Assembly: GCA_963816395.1 (NCBI GenBank)
Contig: CAWFKQ010000016.1
Coordinates: 544,001-608,000, forward strand
Length of the DNA stretch: 64,000 bases
Direction: 5' to 3'
Source of the DNA: an uncultured delta proteobacterium
Lineage (GTDB): Bacteria > Desulfobacterota > Desulfuromonadia > Desulfuromonadales > JACZKF01
Below are positions 39,733-50,268 of the stretch, one piece after another. The notes beneath the pieces are model-generated. The model made no database searches, was not told the DNA's origin, and worked only from the letters and a program-made list of their open reading frames with translations. A program made the position numbers and the translations under genes. Within the stretch, counting starts at the first letter, position 1. Every line of letters begins with the position of its first letter.

Positions 39733-41820
39733 ATGCTGGATGCACTTTTCAAACCCAAAGCGGTGGCGATCATTGGCGCTTCCACCAAGGAACTGTCCAT
39801 CGGCAATGTCATCACCAGAAACCTGCAGACCTACGGCTACAAGGGGCAGATCTATCCCATCAACCCCAATGTCCCGGAGATCCGCGGCATCAAGGCCTAC
39901 AAGTCGCTGGCCGAGGTTCCCGGCGAGGTCGACCTGGCGCACATCATCATCCCCAGTAGTTTCGTTCCCCAGACCATCGAGGAATGCGGCAAAAAGGGGA
40001 TCAAGGCCGTCATCATCAATTCCGCCGGCTTCAGTGAGATGGGCGAGGAGGGTGCCAAACTGCAGGAGGAGTTTCTCGCCAACGCCAAGAAGTACGGCGT
40101 GCGGGTTTTCGGTCCCAACTGCCAGGGGATCATCAACTCCGATCCGGAGCTGAAGGCCTACTGCAATTTCACCTTCACCTACCCGGATCCCGGCGCCATC
40201 TCCGTGGTCGCCCTGAGCGGCGGGGTCGGCGCCCTGATCATGCAGGCGCTCGCCGACCTCGGCATCGGCCAGCGGCTCTACGCCTCCAACGGCAACGCCT
40301 GCGACATCTCCATCCCCGAAATCGTCCGCTATTACGGCCAGGATGCGGGGACCAAGGCGATCATCCTCTATACCGAGGGGTTCTCCGATCCGCTGGAGTT
40401 CCTCGAGGTGGCCAGGGAGGTGGTCGCCAAAAAACCGATCCTGGCCATGAAGGCCGGGCGGACCGAGCAGGGGGCCAAGGCGGCCTCTTCCCACACCGGT
40501 TCCCTGGCCGGGGTCGACATCGCCACCGAACTGATCTTCGAGAAGACCGGCATTCTCTCCTTCACCGACGAGGGGGAGATGGTGCGCGCCGCCATGGCCT
40601 TCTCCAGCCAGCCGATCCCCGCCGGCAACCGGGTCGGGATCATCACCAACACCGGCGGCCCGGCGGTCATCGCCACCGACGTCCTGGTCTCCTGCGACCT
40701 CGACGTGCCGAAGCTCTCGGAGCATTCGGTCGACAAGCTGAAGGAAACCCAATTGCCCCAAGCCGCCCTGGAGAACCCCATCGACGTAGTGGCCACCGCC
40801 GGCGGCCCGCATTTCCGCGGCGCCCTGGACGTGCTCATCGAGGAAGAGGGGATCGACAGCATCTTCATCAATTTCGTCACCGCCCCCTTCACCGACACCC
40901 ACGCCGTCGCCCGGGAAATCGTCGCGGTCAGCCAGCTGGCGAAGAAACCGATCGTCTGCAATTTCATGACCGATCTCAGCCAGGAGCGCTTTCAGATCAC
41001 CCGGGACATTCTCAAGGAAGGCGGCGTCCCCTGCTACGCCAATCCCAGCGATGCCGCCAAGGCCCTGGGCGCCCTCACCCGTTACGGCCGGCTCCAGCGG
41101 CGCGATATCGGCCAGCCGGAGAGCTTTGCCGGGGTCGACGCCGCCCGCGCCCGGTCGATCATCGAGCAGGCGCAGCAGGCCGGCCGCAGCGTCCTCTCCG
41201 CCACCGAGGTCTACTCGATCTTCTCGGCCTACGGCATCCCCGTCGCCCCCTGGCGGATCGCGGCGGACGCCGCCGGGGCGGTGGAGGCGGCGGAAGCGAT
41301 CGGCTATCCGGTGGTGGTGAAGGTCGACTGCGAGGAGATCGACCACAAGAGCGATATGGGCGGGGTAGCGATCAACCTCAAGGATGCTGCCGCCGTCCGT
41401 GCCGCGGTGGAGGATATGCAGAAGCGCCTGGGAAGATTCGGCAGGCTGCGTTTCTTTATCCAGAAGTTCCTCCCCGGCGGCCGCGAGCTGATCATCGGCG
41501 CCTCCGCCGAAAGGGGGCTGGGGCACCTGGTGATGTTCGGCCTCGGCGGCATCTATGTTGAGGTCCTCAAGGACGTGGTGTTCAAGATCGCCCCGGTCAC
41601 CCGCCTGGAGGCGCGGGAGATGCTCGCCTCCATCAAGACTTCGGCGCTGCTCGACGGGGTGCGGGGTGAGGCGGGGATCGACAAGGAGAAGGTGGTCAAC
41701 CTCATCCAGCGCCTCTCGCAGCTGCTGACCGATCTGCCGATGATCCAGGAGATGGACCTGAACCCGATCATGGCCTTTGCCGATGCCGTCTTCGCCGTCG
41801 ACGGAAGAATCCGAATTTAA
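39733..41820 (+). CDS. ADP-forming acyl-CoA synthetase (fused alpha-beta)
   Basis: GPNCQG, AASSHTG (phospho-His), NPID, HKSDMGGV, MFGLGG, DLNP. Confidence 0.92.
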   Translation: MLDALFKPKAVAIIGASTKELSIGNVITRNLQTYGYKGQIYPINPNVPEIRGIKAYKSLAEVPGEVDLAHIIIPSSFVPQTIEECGKKGIKAVIINSAGFSEMGEEGAKLQEEFLANAKKYGVRVFGPNCQGIINSDPELKAYCNFTFTYPDPGAISVVALSGGVGALIMQALADLGIGQRLYASNGNACDISIPEIVRYYGQDAGTKAIILYTEGFSDPLEFLEVAREVVAKKPILAMKAGRTEQGAKAASSHTGSLAGVDIATELIFEKTGILSFTDEGEMVRAAMAFSSQPIPAGNRVGIITNTGGPAVIATDVLVSCDLDVPKLSEHSVDKLKETQLPQAALENPIDVVATAGGPHFRGALDVLIEEEGIDSIFINFVTAPFTDTHAVAREIVAVSQLAKKPIVCNFMTDLSQERFQITRDILKEGGVPCYANPSDAAKALGALTRYGRLQRRDIGQPESFAGVDAARARSIIEQAQQAGRSVLSATEVYSIFSAYGIPVAPWRIAADAAGAVEAAEAIGYPVVVKVDCEEIDHKSDMGGVAINLKDAAAVRAAVEDMQKRLGRFGRLRFFIQKFLPGGRELIIGASAERGLGHLVMFGLGGIYVEVLKDVVFKIAPVTRLEAREMLASIKTSALLDGVRGEAGIDKEKVVNLIQRLSQLLTDLPMIQEMDLNPIMAFADAVFAVDGRIRI

Positions 41821-41842
41821 TCTAAGGTTTTAACGCATCAAC

Positions 41843-41872
41843 CTACAAGGGCGCGGCACGCCGCGCCCCTAC
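41843..41872 (-). repeat. GTAG-type REP-like palindrome
   Basis: Minus strand GTAGGGGCGCGGC-GT-GCCGCGCCCTTGTAG. Confidence 0.55.
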
Positions 41873-41893
41873 AACCGACACAGGAGAGAACAC

Positions 41894-43084
41894 ATGCTGA
41901 CAAAAGCTTACATCCCCTACGGAGGCTACTACAGCACCCCCTTCTCCCGCTGGCAGGGAAGCCTGGCCAACGAGCACTCGATCATCCTGGGGGCCAACAC
42001 CTCCAAACGCTTCTTCGAAACCAAGGGGTGGGACCCCGGCATGCTCGACTACGTCCTGGTCGGCAGCACCGTTTATCAGAAGCAGTGGTTCTACAGCGGC
42101 CCCTGGGCCTCGGCCATGCTGGGCGCCACCGGCGCCCCCGGTATCCTGATCAGCCAGGCCTGTTCGACGCCCACCTCAACCATCTGGCAGGCCGGCATGG
42201 GCGTGGAGACGGGCCTTTTCGCCAACAGCTGGTGCCTGCTGGCCGATCGCTGCTCCAACGGCCCGCACGCCGTCTGGCCCAATCCCAATGGTCCCGGCGG
42301 CCAGGTCATCGCCGAAGACTGGGTCATGGATAATTTCGGCAAGGACCCCTGGGCCGGCGGCGCCATGATCCAGACCGCGGAAAACGTCAGCAAGGAATAC
42401 GGCGTCACCCGCGAGCAATGCGACGCCATCACCCTGCGGCGGCAGGAACAGTACCAGGACGCCCTGGCCAACGACCGGCAGTTCCAGAAGCGCTACATGT
42501 TCCCGGCCGAGGTGCAGATCTCCAGGAAGAAAACCCTCACCGTCGAAGCCGACGAGGGGATCGCGGTCAGCACCGCGGAAGGTCTGGCCGGCCTGCGGCC
42601 CGTGCTGCCCGATGGTGTGCATACCTTCGGCACCCAGACCCATCCGGCCGACGGCAACTGCGGCCTTTCGGTGACGACCCGCGAAAAGGCCCGGGAACTG
42701 AGCACCAATCCGAGCATCGAGATCCAGCTCCTCTCCTACGGCTATGCCCGCGCCAAAAAGGGCTTCATGGCCGCCGCGGTCTCCCCTTCGGCCCAGATGG
42801 CTCTCGACAGCGCCGGCATCAAGGTCGGCGACCTGGCCGCGGTGAAGACCCACAATCCCTTTGCCGCCAACGACGTGGTCATGGCCAATGTCATGGGCCT
42901 GGATCTGAACAGCATGAACAACTACGGCTGTTCCCTCATCTATGGCCATCCCCAGGCGCCCACCGGCGGCCGGCTGATTCTCGAAGGGATCGAGGAACTG
43001 GTCCTGAAAGGGGGCGGTTATCTGCTCTATGCCGGCTGCGCCGCCGGGGATACCGCCGCCTCGCTGGTACTTAAAGTGGGCTAA
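41894..43084 (+). CDS. Thiolase-family protein
   Basis: QACST (Cys), DEG, HPADG, KTHNPFA, GHP, GCAAG. Confidence 0.88.
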   Translation: MLTKAYIPYGGYYSTPFSRWQGSLANEHSIILGANTSKRFFETKGWDPGMLDYVLVGSTVYQKQWFYSGPWASAMLGATGAPGILISQACSTPTSTIWQAGMGVETGLFANSWCLLADRCSNGPHAVWPNPNGPGGQVIAEDWVMDNFGKDPWAGGAMIQTAENVSKEYGVTREQCDAITLRRQEQYQDALANDRQFQKRYMFPAEVQISRKKTLTVEADEGIAVSTAEGLAGLRPVLPDGVHTFGTQTHPADGNCGLSVTTREKARELSTNPSIEIQLLSYGYARAKKGFMAAAVSPSAQMALDSAGIKVGDLAAVKTHNPFAANDVVMANVMGLDLNSMNNYGCSLIYGHPQAPTGGRLILEGIEELVLKGGGYLLYAGCAAGDTAASLVLKVG

Positions 43085-43089
43085 ATGCA

Positions 43090-43130
43090 GGCTAGCGGCA
43101 AGAGGCTAGCGGCAAGAGGCTAAAGGCTAG
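43090..43130 (+). repeat. Heptamer-based tandem repeat
   Basis: (GGCTAGC GGCAAGA)x2 GGCTAAA GGCTAG. Confidence 0.75.
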
Positions 43131-43180
43131 ACGAAAAAAATTCCTGGCGCTTCGGCGCTTCGATTAAAGGAGTGCATACC

Positions 43181-43963
43181 ATGGCCTACCAATTTATTAC
43201 CCTGACCCGGGACGAGCGGGTCCTGACCATCAGCCTCAACCGGCCGCCCACCAATCCACTCAGCGCCGAGTTCGGCCGGGAGCTCTTCGCGGCTTTCACC
43301 GAAGCCGGGCAGAGGGAGGATGTGAATGTGGTGGTCATCACCAGCGCGCTGGAGAAGGCTTTTATCGCCGGGGCGGACATCAAGGAGATGGCGGCCCAGA
43401 ACCAGAGCGAGGCCGAGGCCTTCTCCAAGCTTCTGCAGGATGCCAACAACCTGCTCAGCGGCATGAAAAAGGTGGTCATCGCCGCTATCAACGGGCATGC
43501 CCTGGGCGGCGGCTGCGAACTGGCCATGGCCTGCGATTACCGTTTCATGGCGGCGGGCAAGGCCCTTATCGGCTTGCCGGAGGCGACCCTGGGGGTCGTC
43601 CCGGGCGCCGGCGGAACGCAGAGACTGCCCCGGCTGGTCGGCCTGTCAAAAGCTCTGGACATCCTGCTTCGCGGCCGGGTCATGGGCCCCGAGGAGGCGC
43701 TGGCGATCGGTCTCATCGACCGGGTCATCGAGGCCGAGAACTTCATGGAGGAAGTCATGAAGTTCGCCACCAAACTGGCCTCGGGAGCCGGTAAGGCCAT
43801 GGGCTATATCAAGGCCGCGGTCTACGAGGGGATCGACCTCCCTCTGGAGCAGGCCCTGGCCGTCGAGCGCAAATGCGGCCTGGAGAACCTCAAGACGCAT
43901 GATGCCAAAGAAGGCCTCACCGCCTTCACCGAGAAGAGGAAGCCGAACTTCCAGAGCCGCTAA
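43181..43963 (+). CDS. Enoyl-CoA hydratase
   Basis: AFIAGADI, GGGCELA, LPE..LG..PGAGGTQRL; both catalytic Glu present. Confidence 0.92.
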   Translation: MAYQFITLTRDERVLTISLNRPPTNPLSAEFGRELFAAFTEAGQREDVNVVVITSALEKAFIAGADIKEMAAQNQSEAEAFSKLLQDANNLLSGMKKVVIAAINGHALGGGCELAMACDYRFMAAGKALIGLPEATLGVVPGAGGTQRLPRLVGLSKALDILLRGRVMGPEEALAIGLIDRVIEAENFMEEVMKFATKLASGAGKAMGYIKAAVYEGIDLPLEQALAVERKCGLENLKTHDAKEGLTAFTEKRKPNFQSR

Positions 43964-44052
43964 AAGCGGATTCACCGCGCTTATCTCTGCGCGCTCGGCG
44001 GTATAAAAAATTCACTGCGCTTTTTTCATATCCAAAAAAAGGAGATCCAAAC

Positions 44053-44919
44053 ATGAATATCGAAGAGATCAAGACGATCGGAGTTGCGGGAGCCGGAAGC
44101 ATGGGGGCCGGAATCACCCAGGTCGCCGCCCAGGCAGGATTCCAGGTCAAAGTCGTCGATGTCAGCGAAGAGGTCTGGAACCGGGCTCAGAAGACCATCA
44201 CCAAGAGCCTGGAACGGATGCTCAAGAAGGAGAAGATCACCGAAGCGCAGATGAAGGAGGCCCTCGGCCGCATCAGCTTCTCCACCGATGTGAGCAGTCT
44301 GGCCGGCGTCCCCTTCATCATCGAGGCGGTCTTCGAAAACCTCGAGGTCAAAAAGGAGCTGTTCGGCAAGCTCGACGCGGTCTGCGGCGATGACGTGATC
44401 TATGCGACGAATACCTCGTCGATCGCCATTACCGAGATGGCGGCCCTGGTCAAGCGTCCCGCCAAGTTCGTCGGCATGCACTTCTTCAACCCCGTGCCGA
44501 TGATGCAGCTGGTCGAGATCATTCCCGCCCTGCAGACCGAGGCGTCCACCACCGAGATTGCCAAAGAGGTGGCCAGGAAGATGGGCAAGACCTTCATCAC
44601 CTGCAAGGATACTCCGGGCTTTGTCGTCAACCGGCTCTTCGTTCCCTACATCCTCGATGCCGTGCGGCTGCTGGAGGAAGGAGTGGCCTCGGCCGAGGAC
44701 ATCGATACCGCCATGAAGCTCGGCTGCGGCATGCCGATGGGGCCTCTCGAACTGCAGGATTTCGCCGGCGCCGACATCGGCTATCATGTCGGGAACATTT
44801 TCTACGAGTACATGAAAGACGCCCGCTTCTCCCCCCCTGGACTGCTGCGCAACATGATCAAGGCCGGCTATCTCGGCCGCAAGACCGGCAAGGGCTTCTA
44901 CGATTATTCGGATAAGTAG
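44053..44919 (+). CDS. 3-hydroxyacyl-CoA dehydrogenase
   Basis: GAGSMG, EAVFE, TNTSS, GMHFFNP, PMGPL. Confidence 0.93.
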   Translation: MNIEEIKTIGVAGAGSMGAGITQVAAQAGFQVKVVDVSEEVWNRAQKTITKSLERMLKKEKITEAQMKEALGRISFSTDVSSLAGVPFIIEAVFENLEVKKELFGKLDAVCGDDVIYATNTSSIAITEMAALVKRPAKFVGMHFFNPVPMMQLVEIIPALQTEASTTEIAKEVARKMGKTFITCKDTPGFVVNRLFVPYILDAVRLLEEGVASAEDIDTAMKLGCGMPMGPLELQDFAGADIGYHVGNIFYEYMKDARFSPPGLLRNMIKAGYLGRKTGKGFYDYSDK

Positions 44920-44964
44920 ATCACCTGAACAGAGTTCAAAATTCAAAAAGAAAGGGGTGGGATT

Positions 44965-46308
44965 ATGGCCTGGAGCAGAGAAGAAACCGTCGGCCGCAGT
45001 GAAATGCAGGAGATCCAGCTGGCCCGCCTGCAGAAGACGGTCAGCTACGTCTATGAGAAAAACGCCGTCTATAAGAAAAAGCTCGATGAACTCGGCGTGA
45101 AGCCGGGAGACATCAAGACCCTGAAAGACATCCGGCTGCTTCCCTTTACCACCAAGCAGGACATCCGGGACAATTATCCCTTTAACCTTTTCACCGCGCC
45201 GCAGGAGGAGATTGTTGAGTATCACGCCACCTCCGGAACCACCGGCAAGCCGGTGGTGGTCGGCTACACCCGGAACGACCTGGAGAACTGGTCCGAGGTC
45301 ATGGGGCGGGCTTTTACCGGCGCCGGCATCGGCAAAAACGACACGGTGCAGAATATCTACGGCTATGGCCTGTTCACCGGCGGCCTGGGCGCCCATTACG
45401 GCGCCATCCGGGTCGGCGCCTCGGTCATCCCGATCTCCGGCGGCAATACCCAGAAGCAGATCATGCTGATGCAGGACTTCGGCACCACCGCCCTGACCGT
45501 CACCCCCTCCTTCCTCCTGCACATCCACGAGGTCGGCGAGCAGATGGGGATCGATTTCAAGAAGCTCAAGCTGCGCACCGGCCTCTTCGGGGCGGAGCCC
45601 TGGAGCGAGTCGATGCGCCACTCGATCCAGGAGAAGTTCGGCATCACGGCCTGCGACATCTACGGCCTCTCGGAAATCATCGGTCCCGGCGTCTCCTTCG
45701 AATGCCATGAAGCCCGGGCCGGCCTGCATATCAACGAGGACTATTTCTATCCCGAGATCATCCACCCGGAGACCGGCGAAGTCCTGCCCGAGGGGGAGGT
45801 GGGGGAACTGGTCTTCACCACTATCACCAACGAAGGCCAGCCGCTGCTGCGCTACCGCACCCGCGACATCACCTATCTGACCCGCGAGCCCTGCGCCTGC
45901 GGCCGCACTCTGGTCAAGATGCAGCGGGTCACCGGACGCAGCGATGATATGATCATCATTCGCGGGGTCAATGTTTTTCCCTCGCAGATCGAGACGATCA
46001 TCCTCAAGCGCCAGGGGGTATCGCCCCATTACATGATCGTCATCGAGCGGCAGGGCAGCATGGACGAGCTGGAGGTGAAGGTCGAGGTCACCGAAGATTT
46101 CATGGCCAAGGCGGCCATCGACGTCCTCCAGGGATGCGAGCACGATCTGCTCGACGATGTGGAGGCGGTGCGCAGCAAGGTGCGCAACCTCAAGCGGGAT
46201 ATCAAGGAGATGGCGGGCATCTCGGTCAAGGTGACCCTGGTGCCGCCCGGCACCATCCCGCGCAGCGAAGGCAAGGCGAAGCGGATCGACGACAGACGAC
46301 CCAAATAA
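44965..46308 (+). CDS. paaK: Phenylacetate-CoA ligase family (AMP-forming)
   Basis: TSGTTG, YGLFTGGLG, GAEPW, DIYGLSE, RYRTRD, RGVNVFP, EGKA. Confidence 0.9.
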   Translation: MAWSREETVGRSEMQEIQLARLQKTVSYVYEKNAVYKKKLDELGVKPGDIKTLKDIRLLPFTTKQDIRDNYPFNLFTAPQEEIVEYHATSGTTGKPVVVGYTRNDLENWSEVMGRAFTGAGIGKNDTVQNIYGYGLFTGGLGAHYGAIRVGASVIPISGGNTQKQIMLMQDFGTTALTVTPSFLLHIHEVGEQMGIDFKKLKLRTGLFGAEPWSESMRHSIQEKFGITACDIYGLSEIIGPGVSFECHEARAGLHINEDYFYPEIIHPETGEVLPEGEVGELVFTTITNEGQPLLRYRTRDITYLTREPCACGRTLVKMQRVTGRSDDMIIIRGVNVFPSQIETIILKRQGVSPHYMIVIERQGSMDELEVKVEVTEDFMAKAAIDVLQGCEHDLLDDVEAVRSKVRNLKRDIKEMAGISVKVTLVPPGTIPRSEGKAKRIDDRRPK

Positions 46309-46344
46309 GCTCCCCCAGGGGGAAGAAGGATTGGATAGCGACCC

Positions 46345-48087
46345 ATGAAAAAAATAATATCCGGCAATGAAGCGATTGCTTTGAGTTTCACGGAATCCGG
46401 CGGCGTCTTCGCTTCCGGCTATCCGGGGACCCCCAGCACCGAGACCCTGGAAGAGGTGGCCCGTCTCGGCGAAGTCTACTGCGAGTGGGCCCCCAACGAG
46501 AAAGTCGCCCTCGAGTCGGCCATCGGCGCCTCCATCGCCGGCGGCAGAACCCTGGCCACCATGAAGCACGTGGGGGTGAACGTGGCCGCCGATGCGCTGA
46601 TGACCCTGACCTATACCGGGGTCAACGCCGGACTGATCCTCATGGTGGCCGATGATCCGGGGATGCATTCGTCGCAGAACGAGCAGGACAGCCGCAATTA
46701 CGCCAAATTCGCCAAAATCCCGATGCTCGATCCCGCCAATTCCCAGGAAGCCTACGACTTCGTGCGGGCCGGGTTCGAAATATCCGAGCAGTTCGATACC
46801 CCGGTGATGCTGCGCACCACGACCCGCATCTCGCACGCCAAGGGGGTGGTGGAGTCCAAGGAAAAGATCGAGCCGAAGGTCGGCCAGTGGGTCAAGGACG
46901 TCCCCAAGTACGTCATGCTCCCCAACTTCGGCAAGATCAGGCACACCGTAATCGAGGAGCGCCTGCTGAAACTGCAGGAATTCGCCGAAACAACCCCCCT
47001 CAACCGGGTGGAAATCGGTGACCCTGAACTGGGTATCATCACCTCCGGCGTCTCCTACCAGCACGTCAGGGAGGCCTTTCCCCAGGCGTCCGTTCTCAAG
47101 CTGGGGCTGGTCCACCCGTTGCCCGAAAGGAAAATCCGGGAGTTCGCGGGGAGCGTCCGGCGCCTGATGATCGTCGAAGAACTCGACGGCATTTTCGAGG
47201 AGCAGATCCGGGCGATGGGCATCCGGGTCGATGTCGGCAAGGGCAAGATCTCCCTCTGCGGCGAGGTCAATGCCGAGATCGTCCGCGCGGCGGCCGGCGA
47301 AACGGCCGACGCGGGGAGCGCTCCGGTCGGCAACCTGCCGCAGCGCCCCCCCACCTTCTGCCCCGGCTGCGCGCATCGCGGTCTGTTCACCATCCTCAGC
47401 AAACTCAAGGCCTTCGTCTCCGGCGACATCGGCTGCTACACCCTCGGCGCCCTGCCGCCGCTGAACGCCATGCACAGCACGATCTGCATGGGCGCCAGCA
47501 TCAGCGCCGCCCACGGCATGGCCAAAGTCAACGAAATCGCCGGCCGGACGGAGAAGCCGGTCGCCGTCATCGGCGATTCCACCTTCTTCCACTCGGGAAT
47601 GACCGGCCTGCTGAGCCTGGCCTACAACGGCGGCAACGCCCTGGTCGTGATCATGGACAACCGCACCACCGGTATGACCGGCGGTCAGGAGAACCCCGGT
47701 TCCGGCCGCGTGCTGCAGGGGGATCCTTCCCGCCAGGTCGATATCATGGCCCTGGTGAAGGTCCTCGGCATCGAGAATGTGGTCGAGTTCAACGCCTACA
47801 ACCTGGAAGAAGCCGAGGCCGCCATCCGCAAGGGGCTGGAAACTCCCGGTCCCTACGTGCTGATCGATAAGAACCCCTGCATTCTCCGTTACCGGGTCAA
47901 GCAGCCGACGATCACCGTCGATCCGGACAAGTGCAAGGGGTGCCGGGCCTGCCTGAAAGCCGCCTGCGTTGCTCTGGGCCTGACCGCCGTCGGCGACCAG
48001 CCGAAAGTGGAAGTGGATCCGAATATCTGCAACGGCTGCGGGGTCTGCGCCCAGCTCTGTAAATTCGACGCCATGAGCGAGGCCTGA
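46345..48087 (+). CDS. iorA: Indolepyruvate (arylpyruvate):ferredoxin oxidoreductase alpha subunit
   Basis: GYPGTPS, MKHVG, SSQNEQD, CPGC.HR, GDIGCY, GDSTF, two Fe-S motifs. Confidence 0.94.
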   Translation: MKKIISGNEAIALSFTESGGVFASGYPGTPSTETLEEVARLGEVYCEWAPNEKVALESAIGASIAGGRTLATMKHVGVNVAADALMTLTYTGVNAGLILMVADDPGMHSSQNEQDSRNYAKFAKIPMLDPANSQEAYDFVRAGFEISEQFDTPVMLRTTTRISHAKGVVESKEKIEPKVGQWVKDVPKYVMLPNFGKIRHTVIEERLLKLQEFAETTPLNRVEIGDPELGIITSGVSYQHVREAFPQASVLKLGLVHPLPERKIREFAGSVRRLMIVEELDGIFEEQIRAMGIRVDVGKGKISLCGEVNAEIVRAAAGETADAGSAPVGNLPQRPPTFCPGCAHRGLFTILSKLKAFVSGDIGCYTLGALPPLNAMHSTICMGASISAAHGMAKVNEIAGRTEKPVAVIGDSTFFHSGMTGLLSLAYNGGNALVVIMDNRTTGMTGGQENPGSGRVLQGDPSRQVDIMALVKVLGIENVVEFNAYNLEEAEAAIRKGLETPGPYVLIDKNPCILRYRVKQPTITVDPDKCKGCRACLKAACVALGLTAVGDQPKVEVDPNICNGCGVCAQLCKFDAMSEA

Positions 48088-48102
48088 GGAATGGAGGAAA
48101 CA

Positions 48103-48678
48103 ATGCAAGTCATGAATATCGTTATCGCCGGAGTCGGCGGCCAGGGAGTTCTCATGGCTTCCAAGGTGCTCGCCGAAAGCGCCCTGACCAGCGGCATGGA
48201 TGTCAAGCAGAACGAGGTGCACGGGATGGCGCAGAGGGGCGGCAGCGTCATCAGCTTCGTCCGTTTCGGCGACCAGGTCTACTCGCCGGTCGTCCTGCCG
48301 GGAACCGCCGACATCCTGATCTCCTTTGAGCCCCTGGAGGCGCTTAGATATATCCACTACCTCAAGCCGGACGGGCTGCTGGTCTACAACAAGGTCACCA
48401 TCAACCCCAGCACCGTGGCTTCGGGCCTGGCCACCTATCCGGCCGACGTCGAAGAGCAGATCGCCCGCGCCTGCGCCAATGCGCAGGGGATCGACGCGCT
48501 GTCCATCGCGCAGCAGGCCGGCAATGCCAAGGCCGTCAACATGGTCATGGTCGGCTCCGTCATGAAGCGCCTGCCCTTCAAGCCGGCGGTGATCCAGGAG
48601 GTTGTCAAGGAGGTTTCCAAGGAGAAGGGAGCCGCGGTCAACCTGAAGGCGCTCGCGGGAGGGGCCGCGGCCGCCTGA
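48103..48678 (+). CDS. iorB: Indolepyruvate:ferredoxin oxidoreductase beta subunit
   Basis: GVGGQG, EVHGMAQRGGSV, EPLEALR. Confidence 0.94.
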   Translation: MQVMNIVIAGVGGQGVLMASKVLAESALTSGMDVKQNEVHGMAQRGGSVISFVRFGDQVYSPVVLPGTADILISFEPLEALRYIHYLKPDGLLVYNKVTINPSTVASGLATYPADVEEQIARACANAQGIDALSIAQQAGNAKAVNMVMVGSVMKRLPFKPAVIQEVVKEVSKEKGAAVNLKALAGGAAAA

Positions 48679-48781
48679 CAGCGCGGGCGGCGCGGCCCGA
48701 AGCAGGGCAGGCAGCAGGTCCGGGCCTGACTGAACCAGCGTCAGGCCCGGCATCCACCAGCCGTCGACATGGGAGACCATC

Positions 48782-49228
48782 ATGAAAAAACTCAAACAGT
48801 TATCCATTTTTCTGGAAAACGCCCCCGGTCGCCTTTACGAAGCCACCGATGCCCTGGGGGCCGCCGGGCTCAACCTGAGATCCCTCAGCATCTGCGATAC
48901 CTCCGATTTCGGCGTGCTGCGCATTCTCGTTTCCGACGTGGCCAAGGCCCGCCAGGTCATCATGGCGAAGCTGCTGCCGGCGCGCGTCGACGATGTCGTT
49001 GCCGCCGAAATCGAAGATACTCCGGGCAGCCTGGCCAAGGTTCTCAAGCCGTTCAAGGAAACCCAGGTCAATGTCGAATACATGTATGCCCTGGCCGGGA
49101 CTTCGTCGGGGAAAGCGGTGATGATCTTCCGCTTCAGCGACAATGACCGGGCTATCGAGATCCTGCAGAAAAATGGCGTCAGGATTCTCGATGCCGAGAC
49201 CTTCGGAATCCTCGAAAATCCGGCCTAG
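48782..49228 (+). CDS. Tandem ACT-domain protein, copy 1
   Basis: QLSIFLEN.PGRL, DFGVLR, D.PG.L, NVEYMYA. Confidence 0.9.
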   Translation: MKKLKQLSIFLENAPGRLYEATDALGAAGLNLRSLSICDTSDFGVLRILVSDVAKARQVIMAKLLPARVDDVVAAEIEDTPGSLAKVLKPFKETQVNVEYMYALAGTSSGKAVMIFRFSDNDRAIEILQKNGVRILDAETFGILENPA

Positions 49229-49255
49229 CCGGCCCGCTTGCCAAGGAGAAACCTG

Positions 49256-50200
49256 ATGAAGGGAGAAAGCAACTTTAAACCGAGGAAATTTGCGGTCATC
49301 GGCGCCGGACCGGTCGGCGGGATCGTCGCCGCCTTCCTCGCCAAAGGCGGCTTTGACGTCACCCTCTGCGATGTCATTCCGGCCCTCCTGGCGCCGGCTC
49401 TCGACCCCGGCATCCTCATCGAAGGGGTCGACAACCTGCAGGCCAAAGTGACCAGGGTCACCACCAACATCGATGATATCGTCAAAGATCCGCCCGACGT
49501 CGTCGTGGTCACGGTCAAGGCCACCGCCCTCCCTCTGGTCGCCTCGGCTCTGGAAAGTTTTGCCGGTGAGGGGCGCTACGTGATCAGCTGGCAGAATGGC
49601 ATCGACACCGAGCTCGTCCTCGCCGAGCACCTCGGCGCCCGGTTCGTCATGCGGGGAGTGGTGAATTTCGGCTGCGTTCCGGTGAAGCCCGGCCATATCC
49701 GACTCGCCTTCCACCATCGCCCCCATTACCTGCAGGAACTCGATCCGCAGTCGCGGGACGCTGCCCTGGGGATCTGCGAGGCCTTCAGCGAATGCGGACT
49801 CGATACCCAGCATACCGATCAGATCAACAACATGGTCTGGCGCAAGGCCGTTCTTAATGCCTGCATGAATCCCCTGTGCGCGGTAACCGGCAAGACCATG
49901 GTCGAGGTCATTCTCGACCCCATCCTGTTCAATCTGGTCGATGCCCTCATCAAGGAGGGGATCGCCGTGGCCCGGGCCAACGAAATGATCCTCGGCTCCA
50001 ACTTCTATCCCTACTGCGTCAATTACATCCGCAATGCCGGCAACCACAAGCCCTCCATGCTGCAGGACATCGAGGCGGGCCGCCGGACGGAAGTCGACTA
50101 CATCAACGGCAAGATCGTCGAATACGGCGCTCAGGCCGGCATGGCCACGCCCTACAACACCATGATCCGGGGGCTGGTCAAGGCGCTGGAGCCCAAGTGA
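49256..50200 (+). CDS. Ketopantoate-reductase (PanE)-family 2-oxoacid reductase, copy 1
   Basis: GAGPVG, VKA, QNG, WRK..LN, SMLQD, RTEVDYING. Confidence 0.88.
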   Translation: MKGESNFKPRKFAVIGAGPVGGIVAAFLAKGGFDVTLCDVIPALLAPALDPGILIEGVDNLQAKVTRVTTNIDDIVKDPPDVVVVTVKATALPLVASALESFAGEGRYVISWQNGIDTELVLAEHLGARFVMRGVVNFGCVPVKPGHIRLAFHHRPHYLQELDPQSRDAALGICEAFSECGLDTQHTDQINNMVWRKAVLNACMNPLCAVTGKTMVEVILDPILFNLVDALIKEGIAVARANEMILGSNFYPYCVNYIRNAGNHKPSMLQDIEAGRRTEVDYINGKIVEYGAQAGMATPYNTMIRGLVKALEPK

Positions 50201-50268
50201 TATGGATGGTCATTCGGCACCCGCAGATCCTTGGGCAGTGTTTCTGCCCACCTGAAAAGGAAGATTCC

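Noticed and set aside
43090..43130. CRISPR-like array
   Set aside because: Contiguous 7/14-bp units with no spacers and no cas genes
44026..48807. 1593-aa antisense ORF
   Set aside because: Shadow ORF: four consecutive sense genes share one frame and GC-biased codons suppress antisense stops; no recognisable motifs
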